A stretch of DNA of 64,000 bases, taken from contig CP060765.1 in NCBI GenBank assembly GCA_023205875.1, positions 496,001-560,000 of the forward strand. Reading direction: 5' to 3'. This document shows positions 31,301-39,002 of this stretch, one piece after another. Below the pieces are notes generated by a model. It was given only the letters and a program-made list of their open reading frames with translations. It searched no databases and was not told where the DNA came from. A program made the translations under genes and the position numbers. The first letter of the stretch is position 1. Every line of letters begins with the position of its first letter. Source of the stretch: Chloropicon primus. Taxonomy: Eukaryota.

Positions 31301-33689
31301 ACAGGAGGGCGCCCCTGGTCTGAAGGTCCTCCTCGTTCTTCAAAGTCAAAAGCAAAGAATCGTCTTCTATGTTGATGTCCTTGACTTGGCAGCAGACAGT
31401 CTGACCGAGGCAGAGGTGGTTGGAGGGATCCACCACGAAGTTCTCCGATATCTCGGATTTCGGGACTATGCCGAGCAGGCCGCCCAAGAACTTGACTATG
31501 CACTTGTTCGGGAAAATTCTGTGAACGTACCCGTGCATGATGGCCCCCTTCTCGACCTGGCTGATGTCTTTGGGGTACTCGCTCCCAATCGCGAGCAGGG
31601 TCTCCTTCCTCGTGAGCCTGAGCTTCGAGCCGGTGCCTTGGTTCAGGACCATAACGTCGTCCAAGAAGAAGTCGCTCTGCAGCCAGTCCTTGAGCAGCTT
31701 CGTGGCGGGAACGCTGTCCGACAGGTGGGAGACGTGGATGAGGGCATCCTGCTCCTCCCCGTCATTTGTCACAAAGGTGCACTCGATGTCGTTCTCAAGG
31801 CTTTTGTTGACCCGGATGCTCCCCTTCGCGCCAACCTTGAACTCTGGACCGAAGCCTTGGCCGGTGTTCTGGGTCTGCAGACTAAGGACAAGCTGCTTTC
31901 GAGACTTCCTGACGCCGATCACCCTGCACTTGACCACCTGGCCAACATCAAAGCAGGCGTCGGGGGCCTCATTCGCGGAGAGGCCCAGCTCAGACAGGTG
32001 AGCCAAACCTTTCACGCCGCCGCAGAACCCGATGAAGACGCCATAGGACTCGATGCCCGTGATGACTCCGTGCGTCAAGGTTCCCTGGAGCTTCACGTTC
32101 AGGGAGGATATCCTCGGGAGCTCGCTCTTGACCAGGGACCTCTTCACCGAGAGGGTCACCTTCTGCACCCTGTAGTCGCAGTCCACCACGAGACACTTCA
32201 CCTTGGACTTCACTTTGAACTTTCCCCAGTTCGGTTCGATGGAAGTCACGTCAGACATGTGAATGACGGGGCACACACCCCTCACGTTCTTCGCGATCTC
32301 GATGACGAGTCCGAACGTTCTCACGGCAACGATAGTTCCCGTCAGGACCGTTCCAGGCTCCAAATCCTCGTACGATATGATCTGCTGCCCGATCACGGAC
32401 TTCTTGAGGGTCACGTTCACCACTTTCTCCATGGGCCTGTACCCAATGACTCTCGCGTCCACCTCCTGGCCCCTCTGAAAGTTTTGACTGACCTTTTCAA
32501 CCGTCTTGTCAGCGACATTGCTGCTGTGGCAGAAGGCGTCGATGAACCTGGACTCGTACTCCGCCTTGAGAAGAAGGCCTTGGTTGTCATCCACCCCCAT
32601 GACGACGGCCTTCTCCAGCAAGGTTCCCGTCTTTGGCAGCACCGTCAGCACGTTCTCGTCCAGGGAAATCAGATGAGGCAGCGCACTCAAGGTGATGCTC
32701 TTCGACTCCGGGTCGATGTAAAGTATCCTGCACTGGAACTTGCCCCCCGCCTTGTACTCCTCCAGCACCTTGGGGAGGTGGGACGTCTCGACCGTGGCGG
32801 TGAAATACGACATGAAGCTGACGACGATTCCCCTCGCGAGCACCGACTTCACGGTGGCCTTCACAAGCATGCCTGGAATGAGGTCGTGCAGCGTAAGGTC
32901 ACCCGAGGCCGTCTTAGCGACCTGGGTCGACAGAAGCGTTCTGTCCAGGGAGCACTTGACCACGTTCCTGCGATCTACGGACACCACAGCGACTTCGATG
33001 ACGGCCTTCTCCTCCAGGTTGTCCTCCTGCTCCTCGTCCACCTCGTGCCTGGGGAGGAAGCCCCGCGTCCCCTTCCTTCCGAAGGAGAGGGTCCAGCCAT
33101 GATCCTCCTCGGACTCCACAAAAGCGGGGACGATCTCCCCCGAGCTCAAAGGGAAGTTGCCGAGGCTGCCGAGCCGAGCGGTCAGCTCCAACCTCTTCTT
33201 CTGCAGGTCCACCTTGGTCACCACGCACCGAAGCAGCTGTCCCAGCGAAAACGACTGCGGCTCGCCCTTGGCATCGCCGCCATCCGACTGGAAGTCCAGG
33301 ACGCCCCTCAACCCGTGAGGAAGCGACAGCGTCGCCCTCGCGCTGGTCACCGCGATGACGCAGCCCCAGCACTTGGCTCCCACGGTGACGTTTCGAAGCC
33401 GTATTCCCGAGACCGACTCCACCGCGGCTCCCGTGCGTATCTCGGAGAGATTCGAGTCCAGGAAGGTCCCGGAGGATCGCGACGATCTCCTGTTCTTCTT
33501 CTTGTTCCTCCTCAGGCCCTCTGCTGTCTTCTCCTTGGGCTCCCTCGCCCTCTTCCCTCCCCCGCGCCTCCCTTTCGCCTTGTCCTCCTCGTAACTCGTG
33601 CTCGTCGTTTGACCGCCGCGACCACGAGGGAAGTTCACCTCCCCGGCCTCGACTCCCACCTTGGGTACCAGCTCCGTGCCTCGCACCAT
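28302..33689 (-). CDS. RRP5: rRNA biogenesis protein RRP5 (S1 repeats + C-terminal HAT/TPR)
   Basis: N-terminal FPRGRG, many S1 domains, then YERLVLTSPNDSYTWIGYMAF, INYREQEEKHNVWVAYLNLE and YPKRTDLWSVYIDQE. Confidence 0.96.
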   Translation of the reverse strand: MVRGTELVPKVGVEAGEVNFPRGRGGQTTSTSYEEDKAKGRRGGGKRAREPKEKTAEGLRRNKKKNRRSSRSSGTFLDSNLSEIRTGAAVESVSGIRLRNVTVGAKCWGCVIAVTSARATLSLPHGLRGVLDFQSDGGDAKGEPQSFSLGQLLRCVVTKVDLQKKRLELTARLGSLGNFPLSSGEIVPAFVESEEDHGWTLSFGRKGTRGFLPRHEVDEEQEDNLEEKAVIEVAVVSVDRRNVVKCSLDRTLLSTQVAKTASGDLTLHDLIPGMLVKATVKSVLARGIVVSFMSYFTATVETSHLPKVLEEYKAGGKFQCRILYIDPESKSITLSALPHLISLDENVLTVLPKTGTLLEKAVVMGVDDNQGLLLKAEYESRFIDAFCHSSNVADKTVEKVSQNFQRGQEVDARVIGYRPMEKVVNVTLKKSVIGQQIISYEDLEPGTVLTGTIVAVRTFGLVIEIAKNVRGVCPVIHMSDVTSIEPNWGKFKVKSKVKCLVVDCDYRVQKVTLSVKRSLVKSELPRISSLNVKLQGTLTHGVITGIESYGVFIGFCGGVKGLAHLSELGLSANEAPDACFDVGQVVKCRVIGVRKSRKQLVLSLQTQNTGQGFGPEFKVGAKGSIRVNKSLENDIECTFVTNDGEEQDALIHVSHLSDSVPATKLLKDWLQSDFFLDDVMVLNQGTGSKLRLTRKETLLAIGSEYPKDISQVEKGAIMHGYVHRIFPNKCIVKFLGGLLGIVPKSEISENFVVDPSNHLCLGQTVCCQVKDINIEDDSLLLTLKNEEDLQTRGALLSSIWKNTNVAYQTSKELGKGSSDFGELEVGTKVSCTVNSKKDYGVVCDIDGHGDLIGLITHDHATRQLNEGEKITTTVLDFDKIAGYIDLSMKQDFTTLRPGDKSLKKGSSVDATVQLVHENCLVASLPSLKNAIAFVCFKSMNQQMIDSHEYFQCNQKIKCTVSEGPSHATNGRIILTTKPIKKKAFSKEKKGSGRMEPGTWTTGVVESVQPLQISLRLKNNIKGRLHISELAKIDDMASLAFGKEMRVRVLGWDSADSSHYRHFEVSTRDDTDLEGPATDVEGNKLEQGKKAVGIVQEVVDDYLWVVFSRNVRGRLHILDSSHDFKQLRDFKERFCLGDKITCKIAKADRDLKSIDLSMRDEKKGKVSPGSVISGIATKVSELFVLVQISAKRFGRVFITDAMRPGNVERPFKGIRVGQALECKVLEAKGSQLELGFLETVSSTEAKNVARHVTDFQVGQEVCGYVKNVTPKGCFVSLSRHVHAHIKLKNLSNKFIVDPKQEFPRGKFVRGKVVDVNEDRKQMEVTLRDDRQEKGKVSSVSEGDVLRGRITRLEKYGAFCYIEEKKLTGLIHISELGTDYVKSVSSVVSVGDQVQVAVTKVDDAKHRIYLSMKGLGKIEGESMEEDSDLEAVDEEAKIQDEVMFDLKNHEDGEMDESDDELDQQRQLLNEMKGEGKAMTQTEEEETWTDFDVPKQAEASDAPEAAPGKPRKKKEAEVRAAELARLNGSADPNSKADYERLVLTSPNDSYTWIGYMAFLLSLREVDEARKVAERALEVINYREQEEKHNVWVAYLNLEFEHGNPPEESAMQLFKRGLPYNDSKKFHLALLSILKEKAKDELAQQLLNTMCKKFRDDPEIWLACIEYHISQKREKVAGKLMDRSLKSLEAKEQTMVISRSALLYYKHSYHEQARHMFESILKSYPKRTDLWSVYIDQEIKLGEQQRIKNLFERIIHMEIPVKKMKFIFKKYMEYEMVHGDDRSIELVKQKAMEFVQSRM

Positions 33690-33701
33690 CCTCTCCCTCT
33701 C

Positions 33702-33732
<31 letters not shown>

Positions 33733-33960
33733 GCCTCGCGCTGCCTCGCGCCTCCGCTCTGGCGGCTGGAAGATTTCGGTGCAGACTTCGCAGAGAAGAG
33801 GGGAGGTCTCTGTCTCTGCTTTGGAGGGGAGGAGGGGGAGGGGAGGTGTGAGTGAGATTGTGGGAGGAGGACGAGGTTCCTCGAGCGTCAACCTTTCTTT
33901 CTTCTATTTCTTATATGAAAAGGGAATGGATGTGTGATGTGAATGGTTTGGTTTTTTTTT

Positions 33961-35244
33961 TTAGTTCATTCTAATCTCATACTCGCCAGACTGCGTGATG
34001 TACCTAACCCAAGGGAGAGCCTGGTAGCCGCTCTTCTCGATCACCTTCAGGTACCTCACCTGGATGCCGGACACGGTGAAGTAAGGGATCTCGAAATTCA
34101 CCTGGATGGGTTGCTTCCTCCCCCCCTCCACGGACGAGTCCCCTTCTATCGAGGGAAGGGAAAACTTGGCGCGCAAAAGGAACTCCTTTCCTCCAGGGAA
34201 GTTCTTGATCTTCCAAACCAAGGCCTCCCTCTCTGGGGCATACTCCGCACTGCCCTGGGACGCCCTTACGACAGGAGCAGTGGCGTCGCTGGCCACCGGG
34301 ATCGAGATCTCAACGTTGCTCGCCGCGCTCCTGGCCTTGAATTGTGACTTTGCCTTGACCAGATACTCCACGCGGCTCCTCGAGGAGTTGTTCACCGTGC
34401 ACTCGATCCAGATCAAGGGCTTGACCTGGGAAGATATCCTGTACGTCATCAGGTCGAAGGCTCCGTCGGGAGGGACGAAGGAGATGGTCCTGTCGCTCTC
34501 GAATCGAGCCAGCCTGACGCACTGGTGGAACTTCATGTCCTCCAGGTCGACCGCCTTTCCCTTGCCGGACTTTCCTTGGCTCTCCAGCAAAACCCTGTCA
34601 TTCAGCCCCAGCTTGCACTCCGGCATGCCCGTCAGGTAGGTGCGCATCTTCAGGGCCCCCATGATCTCGCTCCTCACCACGGAACCGTTGGCGTTCACCA
34701 GGAGGTTGACCGACTCCACCACGTCCAGGAAGACTTCGTTCTTCTTGTATTTGATGCCCTCGCTCCTCCACGACACCGCGTTGGTGACCGCCATCGGCGC
34801 CTTCCTCTCCACCACGTCCATCTTCTGCGCCTCCGTCTTGATGAACTCCTGCAGGATATTCGCCTCCGTGAACTGCGGGTACCCGAAGTCCATCATTTCA
34901 TCCAAGAGCTCGTACACCGTCACAAAGTTGTCCCTCACGCTCTCCTCCTCCAGCTGCTCGAAGTACTTTGTGAACACCTCCACGAGCTTGTGAAGAAAGT
35001 ACACCGTCGACGCGGCGTTCACGTTCGACTTCGTCACCGCGAGCAAGTAAAGGTTGCTGTGCTGCAGGTACAAGTAAGTCACCCCCTCGTCCTGTATGAT
35101 GGGACTCGCCTTTCCCGCATCCTCCAGCTCCGCCACCTTCTCCATGAAGCGGTCCGCGTAAGATATCGGCACATCCCCTCTGTAGTCCCTGTAGATGATC
35201 ACCTTCCCCTTGAGGTCGAGGATGAATATCGCAGACGTCGCCAT
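33961..35244 (-). CDS. AP1M: AP-1 adaptor complex mu subunit
   Basis: SAIFILDLKGKVIIYRDYRGD, EESVRDNFVTVYELLDEMMDFGYPQ, VSWRSEGIKYKKNEVFLD, FHQCVRL and YQALPWVRYIT. Confidence 0.97.
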   Translation of the reverse strand: MATSAIFILDLKGKVIIYRDYRGDVPISYADRFMEKVAELEDAGKASPIIQDEGVTYLYLQHSNLYLLAVTKSNVNAASTVYFLHKLVEVFTKYFEQLEEESVRDNFVTVYELLDEMMDFGYPQFTEANILQEFIKTEAQKMDVVERKAPMAVTNAVSWRSEGIKYKKNEVFLDVVESVNLLVNANGSVVRSEIMGALKMRTYLTGMPECKLGLNDRVLLESQGKSGKGKAVDLEDMKFHQCVRLARFESDRTISFVPPDGAFDLMTYRISSQVKPLIWIECTVNNSSRSRVEYLVKAKSQFKARSAASNVEISIPVASDATAPVVRASQGSAEYAPEREALVWKIKNFPGGKEFLLRAKFSLPSIEGDSSVEGGRKQPIQVNFEIPYFTVSGIQVRYLKVIEKSGYQALPWVRYITQSGEYEIRMN

Positions 35245-35363
35245 GTTGCCCACCTAGGGTTTCTCTTTTTCGTCCGACGAACGACGACGAACCTCCTCAC
35301 CTCCGCGGTCGCCCGTCTCCCTCGCCCGTCTTCCTCGTCCTCCTCCACTACACCCGAGCTCCC

Positions 35364-35624
35364 TCACGCGCTCGCCACCGCCTTGTTCTGCTTCGCCTTG
35401 TTGCTCAAGGACTTGAGCACCTGTGCTATCGCAGTAGGCACGACGTCCAGCTGCACAAGTTCCAAAATAATTTGAAGCACCTCTTCGTTTATTTCCGCCC
35501 CACCCGCCGCAAGCTTCGTCAAACCTCTCACCCTCTCCTCACAATCCCTAAGTCTTACTTCCTCCACCCTCTCGTCTCTCTCGTCCTCTACTCTCGCAAC
35601 GTAACCAAGTCCTTCCCCTTCCAT
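35364..35624 (-). CDS. MZT2: MOZART2 (MZT2)-like microprotein, 86 aa
   Basis: ATG at 35624. LTKLAAGGAEINEEVLQIILELVQLDVVPTAIAQVLKSL resembles the MZT2 core (LAQAAGGGIDPDVFKILVDLLKLNVAPLAVFQMLKSM, recalled from memory). Confidence 0.7.
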   Translation of the reverse strand: MEGEGLGYVARVEDERDERVEEVRLRDCEERVRGLTKLAAGGAEINEEVLQIILELVQLDVVPTAIAQVLKSLSNKAKQNKAVASA

Positions 35625-35729
35625 CACTCTCTCTCTCCCTCTCTCGCGCGCGCTCCTTCGCTCTTCGCTCTTCGGAACGCACACTCCAAATGAGTGTAAA
35701 TATAGTACACTCGTGGAGAAACTCTCTTG

Positions 35730-35741
35730 TTTTGGCGCCAA
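35730..35741. promoter_or_regulatory. E2F-type site (TTTGGCGC, palindromic TTGGCGCCAA)
   Basis: Matches TTTSSCGC in the divergent promoter of the MZT2-like gene and WDHD1/CTF4, a DNA replication gene. Confidence 0.45.
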
Positions 35742-35865
35742 TTCGATCGAAACACAAAAAAAGACGACGCAGGCGCTGGGGGGGGTGAGTGTTGTGGATG
35801 TGTGTGTGTGTGTGTGTGTGTGTGTGACGAGGACGACGAGAGGGACGAACGGAAGTGTGATCAGT

Positions 35866-36128
35866 GAAAGGATCGTTTTCTTCTCTTTCGAATGACCTAT
35901 CGGTCGACGCATTGGGGTGAAGATTGGAGAACACTGGAACGAGTTTTTTGGGTTTGTGTGCCAGCAGCAAAAGCTGTCGAGCGGAGGGTGCGTGGCGAGT
36001 GTTGCGGAGGGTGTGTGCGGCGAGAGGGACGGGAAGCGTTGAAACGAGCGAAAGGATCGTTTTCTTCTCTTTCGAATGACCTATGGGTCGACGCATTGGG
36101 GTGAAGATTGGAGACACTGAACGAGTTT
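35866..36128. repeat. Tandem duplication (~80 bp core, 184 bp period)
   Basis: GAAAGGATCGTTTTCTTCTCTTTCGAATGACCTATSGGTCGACGCATTGGGGTGAAGATTGGAGA at 35866 and 36050. Confidence 0.92.
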
Positions 36129-36205
36129 GTTGTTTGTTTTGTTTTTTGCGATCCGTGTGTGCAGAGAAGAAACGTAGGTTGCGTGCGACGACAACGGAGG
36201 CGACG

Positions 36206-38824
36206 ATGGGTGCGGAGGAGGAGCAGAGGCTCGCGTTCAAGCACGGCCACCTGGCGGGCCAGACGGGGATGGCCTTCGCCGTGGGAAGGAAGGGAGGCGA
36301 GGGCGCGAAGCAAGTCCACCTCGTCACAGGTGGGGCGGACTGCTTGGCCTGCCTGAGGACGGAGGAGACCGAGTTCAAGGAGACCGAGACGGAGATCAAC
36401 GATCACGACGAGGTGATCACGTGCCTCGCGGCCAATGGCGTGGCGCCCCCAACCGCGGAAGGCAAGGCCCTCGTCGAGGAGGAAGGGAAGGGGAAGGCCG
36501 ACCTGGTGACGGATATGTTCGCGACGGGGTCGGAGGACCGTTTCGTCAAGCTCTACGCTTACCCGGACGCCGTGTTCGAGACGAACGTGACCCGGTTCGA
36601 GCTCCCCGTCCGCGCCGTGGACTTCAGCCCCGACGGGAGAACGATCGCCGCGGGGGGCGACGACCAGGGCATCAGGCTGGTGGAGCTCGAAGTGTCCGAG
36701 GAGACGGCCAAGGGAAGGAAGGTCGCATGCAAGCTTCTCAGGACGCTCCGCACGGTGGGGCGATCCGTGAAGAGCATCAGGTGGGACCCCGAGGGACTCT
36801 TCGTCGCGGCCGTGTCCGCGGACGGGACCCTGCAGATCTGGAACAGCGAGAGCGGCGAGTGCGTGCTGACGAAGAAGGGCGCGGCAAAGAAGTTCGAAGG
36901 CAGCAGCCCGAACTGCGCTCACATCTCCTGGCACCCGGAGGGCATCCACCTCGCGGTGCCCTCGGCCACAGGGGACGTCACCTTCTTCGAGAGGCTCTCT
37001 TGGGAGGAAGAATTCGTGCTGCCGTCGTCCACGGACGGGGAAGAGCTCGGGCACAGCGCCGCGGTCACCAGCGTCGAGCTGTCTCCCAACGGCCTCTACG
37101 CTGCCACGGCGGCCCTCGACCGAAGGGTGGCCATCTGGAGCGTCAAGGACCAGAAGGTCATCTCGTCCAGGTGCAGCGACTCGGTCGTGTGCAACATGAA
37201 GTGGCACCCCTTTGAGAACGCCCTCTCCCTCATGGATGACGAGGGAAACTTTGCGCACTGGAAGCAGCCCGTGGATCCAAAGCTGCCGGACCCCTTCCTG
37301 GTTGCTGACGAGGAGGAGGACGCGTCCCTGGCCCAGAACCCCTCGGGGGCGGGCCCCGAGGGCGCTGGAGTGGACAACAAAAACGATGGCATCGCGGGTA
37401 AGAAGAGGAAGCTCAAAATAGTAGAGTCGGACAGCGAGGACAGCGAGGATGACTTTGACCACGCCAAGAAGACGGCGGGCGGTGCTGATGGGCGGGCCGC
37501 GGGCGGGGTCCCACCATCCGCGGACGGGGGAGTTGCGCAGATGATGGCGGTGATGAAGAGGAAAGCCCACAAGCCTTTCCAGCCTGGAGCCACGCCTGCG
37601 GGGGCCTCCACCCAGAACAGAAGATTCCTGGCCTACAACATCCAGGGCTGCGTCTCGACCCTGCGTGGCCCGGACTACAACAGCGTTGAGGTCGTGTTTC
37701 ACGACGTCTCGGCCCGAGCCTCACGAATTCCGACCCTCACGGACTATTTTGGATTCGAGTTGGGCGCCTTGGGACCCAAGGGAACGATTCTGGCGAGCCC
37801 CGAGAAGGGCTCGGGCAAGCCGAGCGTTGTCATGTACCGGCCGTTCGAGAGCTGGGCGGTGGGGAGCGACTGGACTTGCAACTTTCCCAGCGGGGAAGAC
37901 GTCAAGGCGGTGACCGTTGGATCGTCGTTTGCTGCTGCTGCGACGCAGAATTTCCTGAGGGTTTACTCCTTGGCCGGCAGTCCTTTGATGGTGCTCTCGC
38001 TCCCGGGGCAAATCCTGGCCCTGGCCGCGAAGGAATCCCACCTCGTCACCGTGTACCTCGAAGATGAGGTTTCCGGGAAGGTGTCCTTCCAGATGCACGA
38101 CGTGGGCACCGAGAGTCTTGTGGCGAGCGGCCCCATGTGCCTCACGCCTGGTTTGCCGCTGGAGTGGGTCGGGTTTTCGGAGGACGGGATCTTGGCCTCC
38201 TGGGACGGAGCGACCCTGAGGGGATACTTCCCCAGGGCTTACGGAGGGTCGTGGGTGCCCCTGTTCCTGTCCAGCAGTGCCAGGAAGGCCGAGACCGAGC
38301 ACCACCACGTTGTGGGCCTCGACGTCGCGGCCAAGGAGATCTTCTGCATCATCACGAGGTCCTCGAAGCACTATCCCCAGGTCGTCCCAAGGCCCATCAT
38401 CACAACCATGCCACTGAACGTGCCGATCGTGACCTCCGAGGCCGTCGAGGACTCCAATGGCGGCGCCACGCACGATCTGCAGCAGAGCTTGATGTTCCAG
38501 AGGCTGGACAGACTGGAGGGCGGCGCGAACGCCGCCGCTGGAAGGCAGACGACGACCCAGGTTGAAGTCCAGATGGACCGCACCCTGCTCAAGCTGATGC
38601 ACGCGGCCATAAAGAGCGACAAGTGCGAGATGGCGTTCCAGTACGCGCAGGAGCTCAACTTGCAGAGGTCCCTGCAAGGCGCCCTCAAGCTCGCGAACGT
38701 GTCGAAGAAGAGAATACTGAGTGAGAAGTTGTCCGACATGCTCTCCAACAGGGAGAGCGTGGTGGCCCCGTCCGGCGGCGAGAACATCTTCTCCAGGAAG
38801 AGAGTCTACGGCTCCTCCCAATAA
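36206..38824 (+). CDS. WDHD1: WD40/SepB replisome hub CTF4/AND-1
   Basis: N-terminal WD40 repeats (TRFELPVRAVDFSPDG, ELSPNGLYAAT), then the SepB/Mcl1 domain PFQPGATP...RRFLAYN...VEVVFHD, LEWVGFSEDG and YPQVVPRP. Confidence 0.93.
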   Translation: MGAEEEQRLAFKHGHLAGQTGMAFAVGRKGGEGAKQVHLVTGGADCLACLRTEETEFKETETEINDHDEVITCLAANGVAPPTAEGKALVEEEGKGKADLVTDMFATGSEDRFVKLYAYPDAVFETNVTRFELPVRAVDFSPDGRTIAAGGDDQGIRLVELEVSEETAKGRKVACKLLRTLRTVGRSVKSIRWDPEGLFVAAVSADGTLQIWNSESGECVLTKKGAAKKFEGSSPNCAHISWHPEGIHLAVPSATGDVTFFERLSWEEEFVLPSSTDGEELGHSAAVTSVELSPNGLYAATAALDRRVAIWSVKDQKVISSRCSDSVVCNMKWHPFENALSLMDDEGNFAHWKQPVDPKLPDPFLVADEEEDASLAQNPSGAGPEGAGVDNKNDGIAGKKRKLKIVESDSEDSEDDFDHAKKTAGGADGRAAGGVPPSADGGVAQMMAVMKRKAHKPFQPGATPAGASTQNRRFLAYNIQGCVSTLRGPDYNSVEVVFHDVSARASRIPTLTDYFGFELGALGPKGTILASPEKGSGKPSVVMYRPFESWAVGSDWTCNFPSGEDVKAVTVGSSFAAAATQNFLRVYSLAGSPLMVLSLPGQILALAAKESHLVTVYLEDEVSGKVSFQMHDVGTESLVASGPMCLTPGLPLEWVGFSEDGILASWDGATLRGYFPRAYGGSWVPLFLSSSARKAETEHHHVVGLDVAAKEIFCIITRSSKHYPQVVPRPIITTMPLNVPIVTSEAVEDSNGGATHDLQQSLMFQRLDRLEGGANAAAGRQTTTQVEVQMDRTLLKLMHAAIKSDKCEMAFQYAQELNLQRSLQGALKLANVSKKRILSEKLSDMLSNRESVVAPSGGENIFSRKRVYGSSQ

Positions 38825-38940
38825 CGAACGAGCGAACGAACAACCAATCACCAATGACCAATGTACTACCATATTACCATTATTCAACTTGTCCTCCTCG
38901 ACCTCCTAGCTCCTAGCTGTCAAATTTTTCGTGTTGTCAT

Positions 38941-38950
38941 TGGCGCCAAA
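38941..38950 (-). promoter_or_regulatory. E2F-type site upstream of the TONSOKU-like gene
   Basis: TGGCGCCAAA (reverse TTTGGCGCCA), about 55 nt upstream of ATG 39003. Confidence 0.45.
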
Positions 38951-39002
38951 AAAAAAAAGTGAGAGAGAAGAGTGATAGAATAGGATCGAGTCGAGTGCCG
39001 CG

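Noticed and set aside
31386..33851. 821-aa + strand ORF opposite RRP5 (also 29349-30878)
   Set aside because: Antisense shadow of a GC3-rich gene, with no recognisable motifs.
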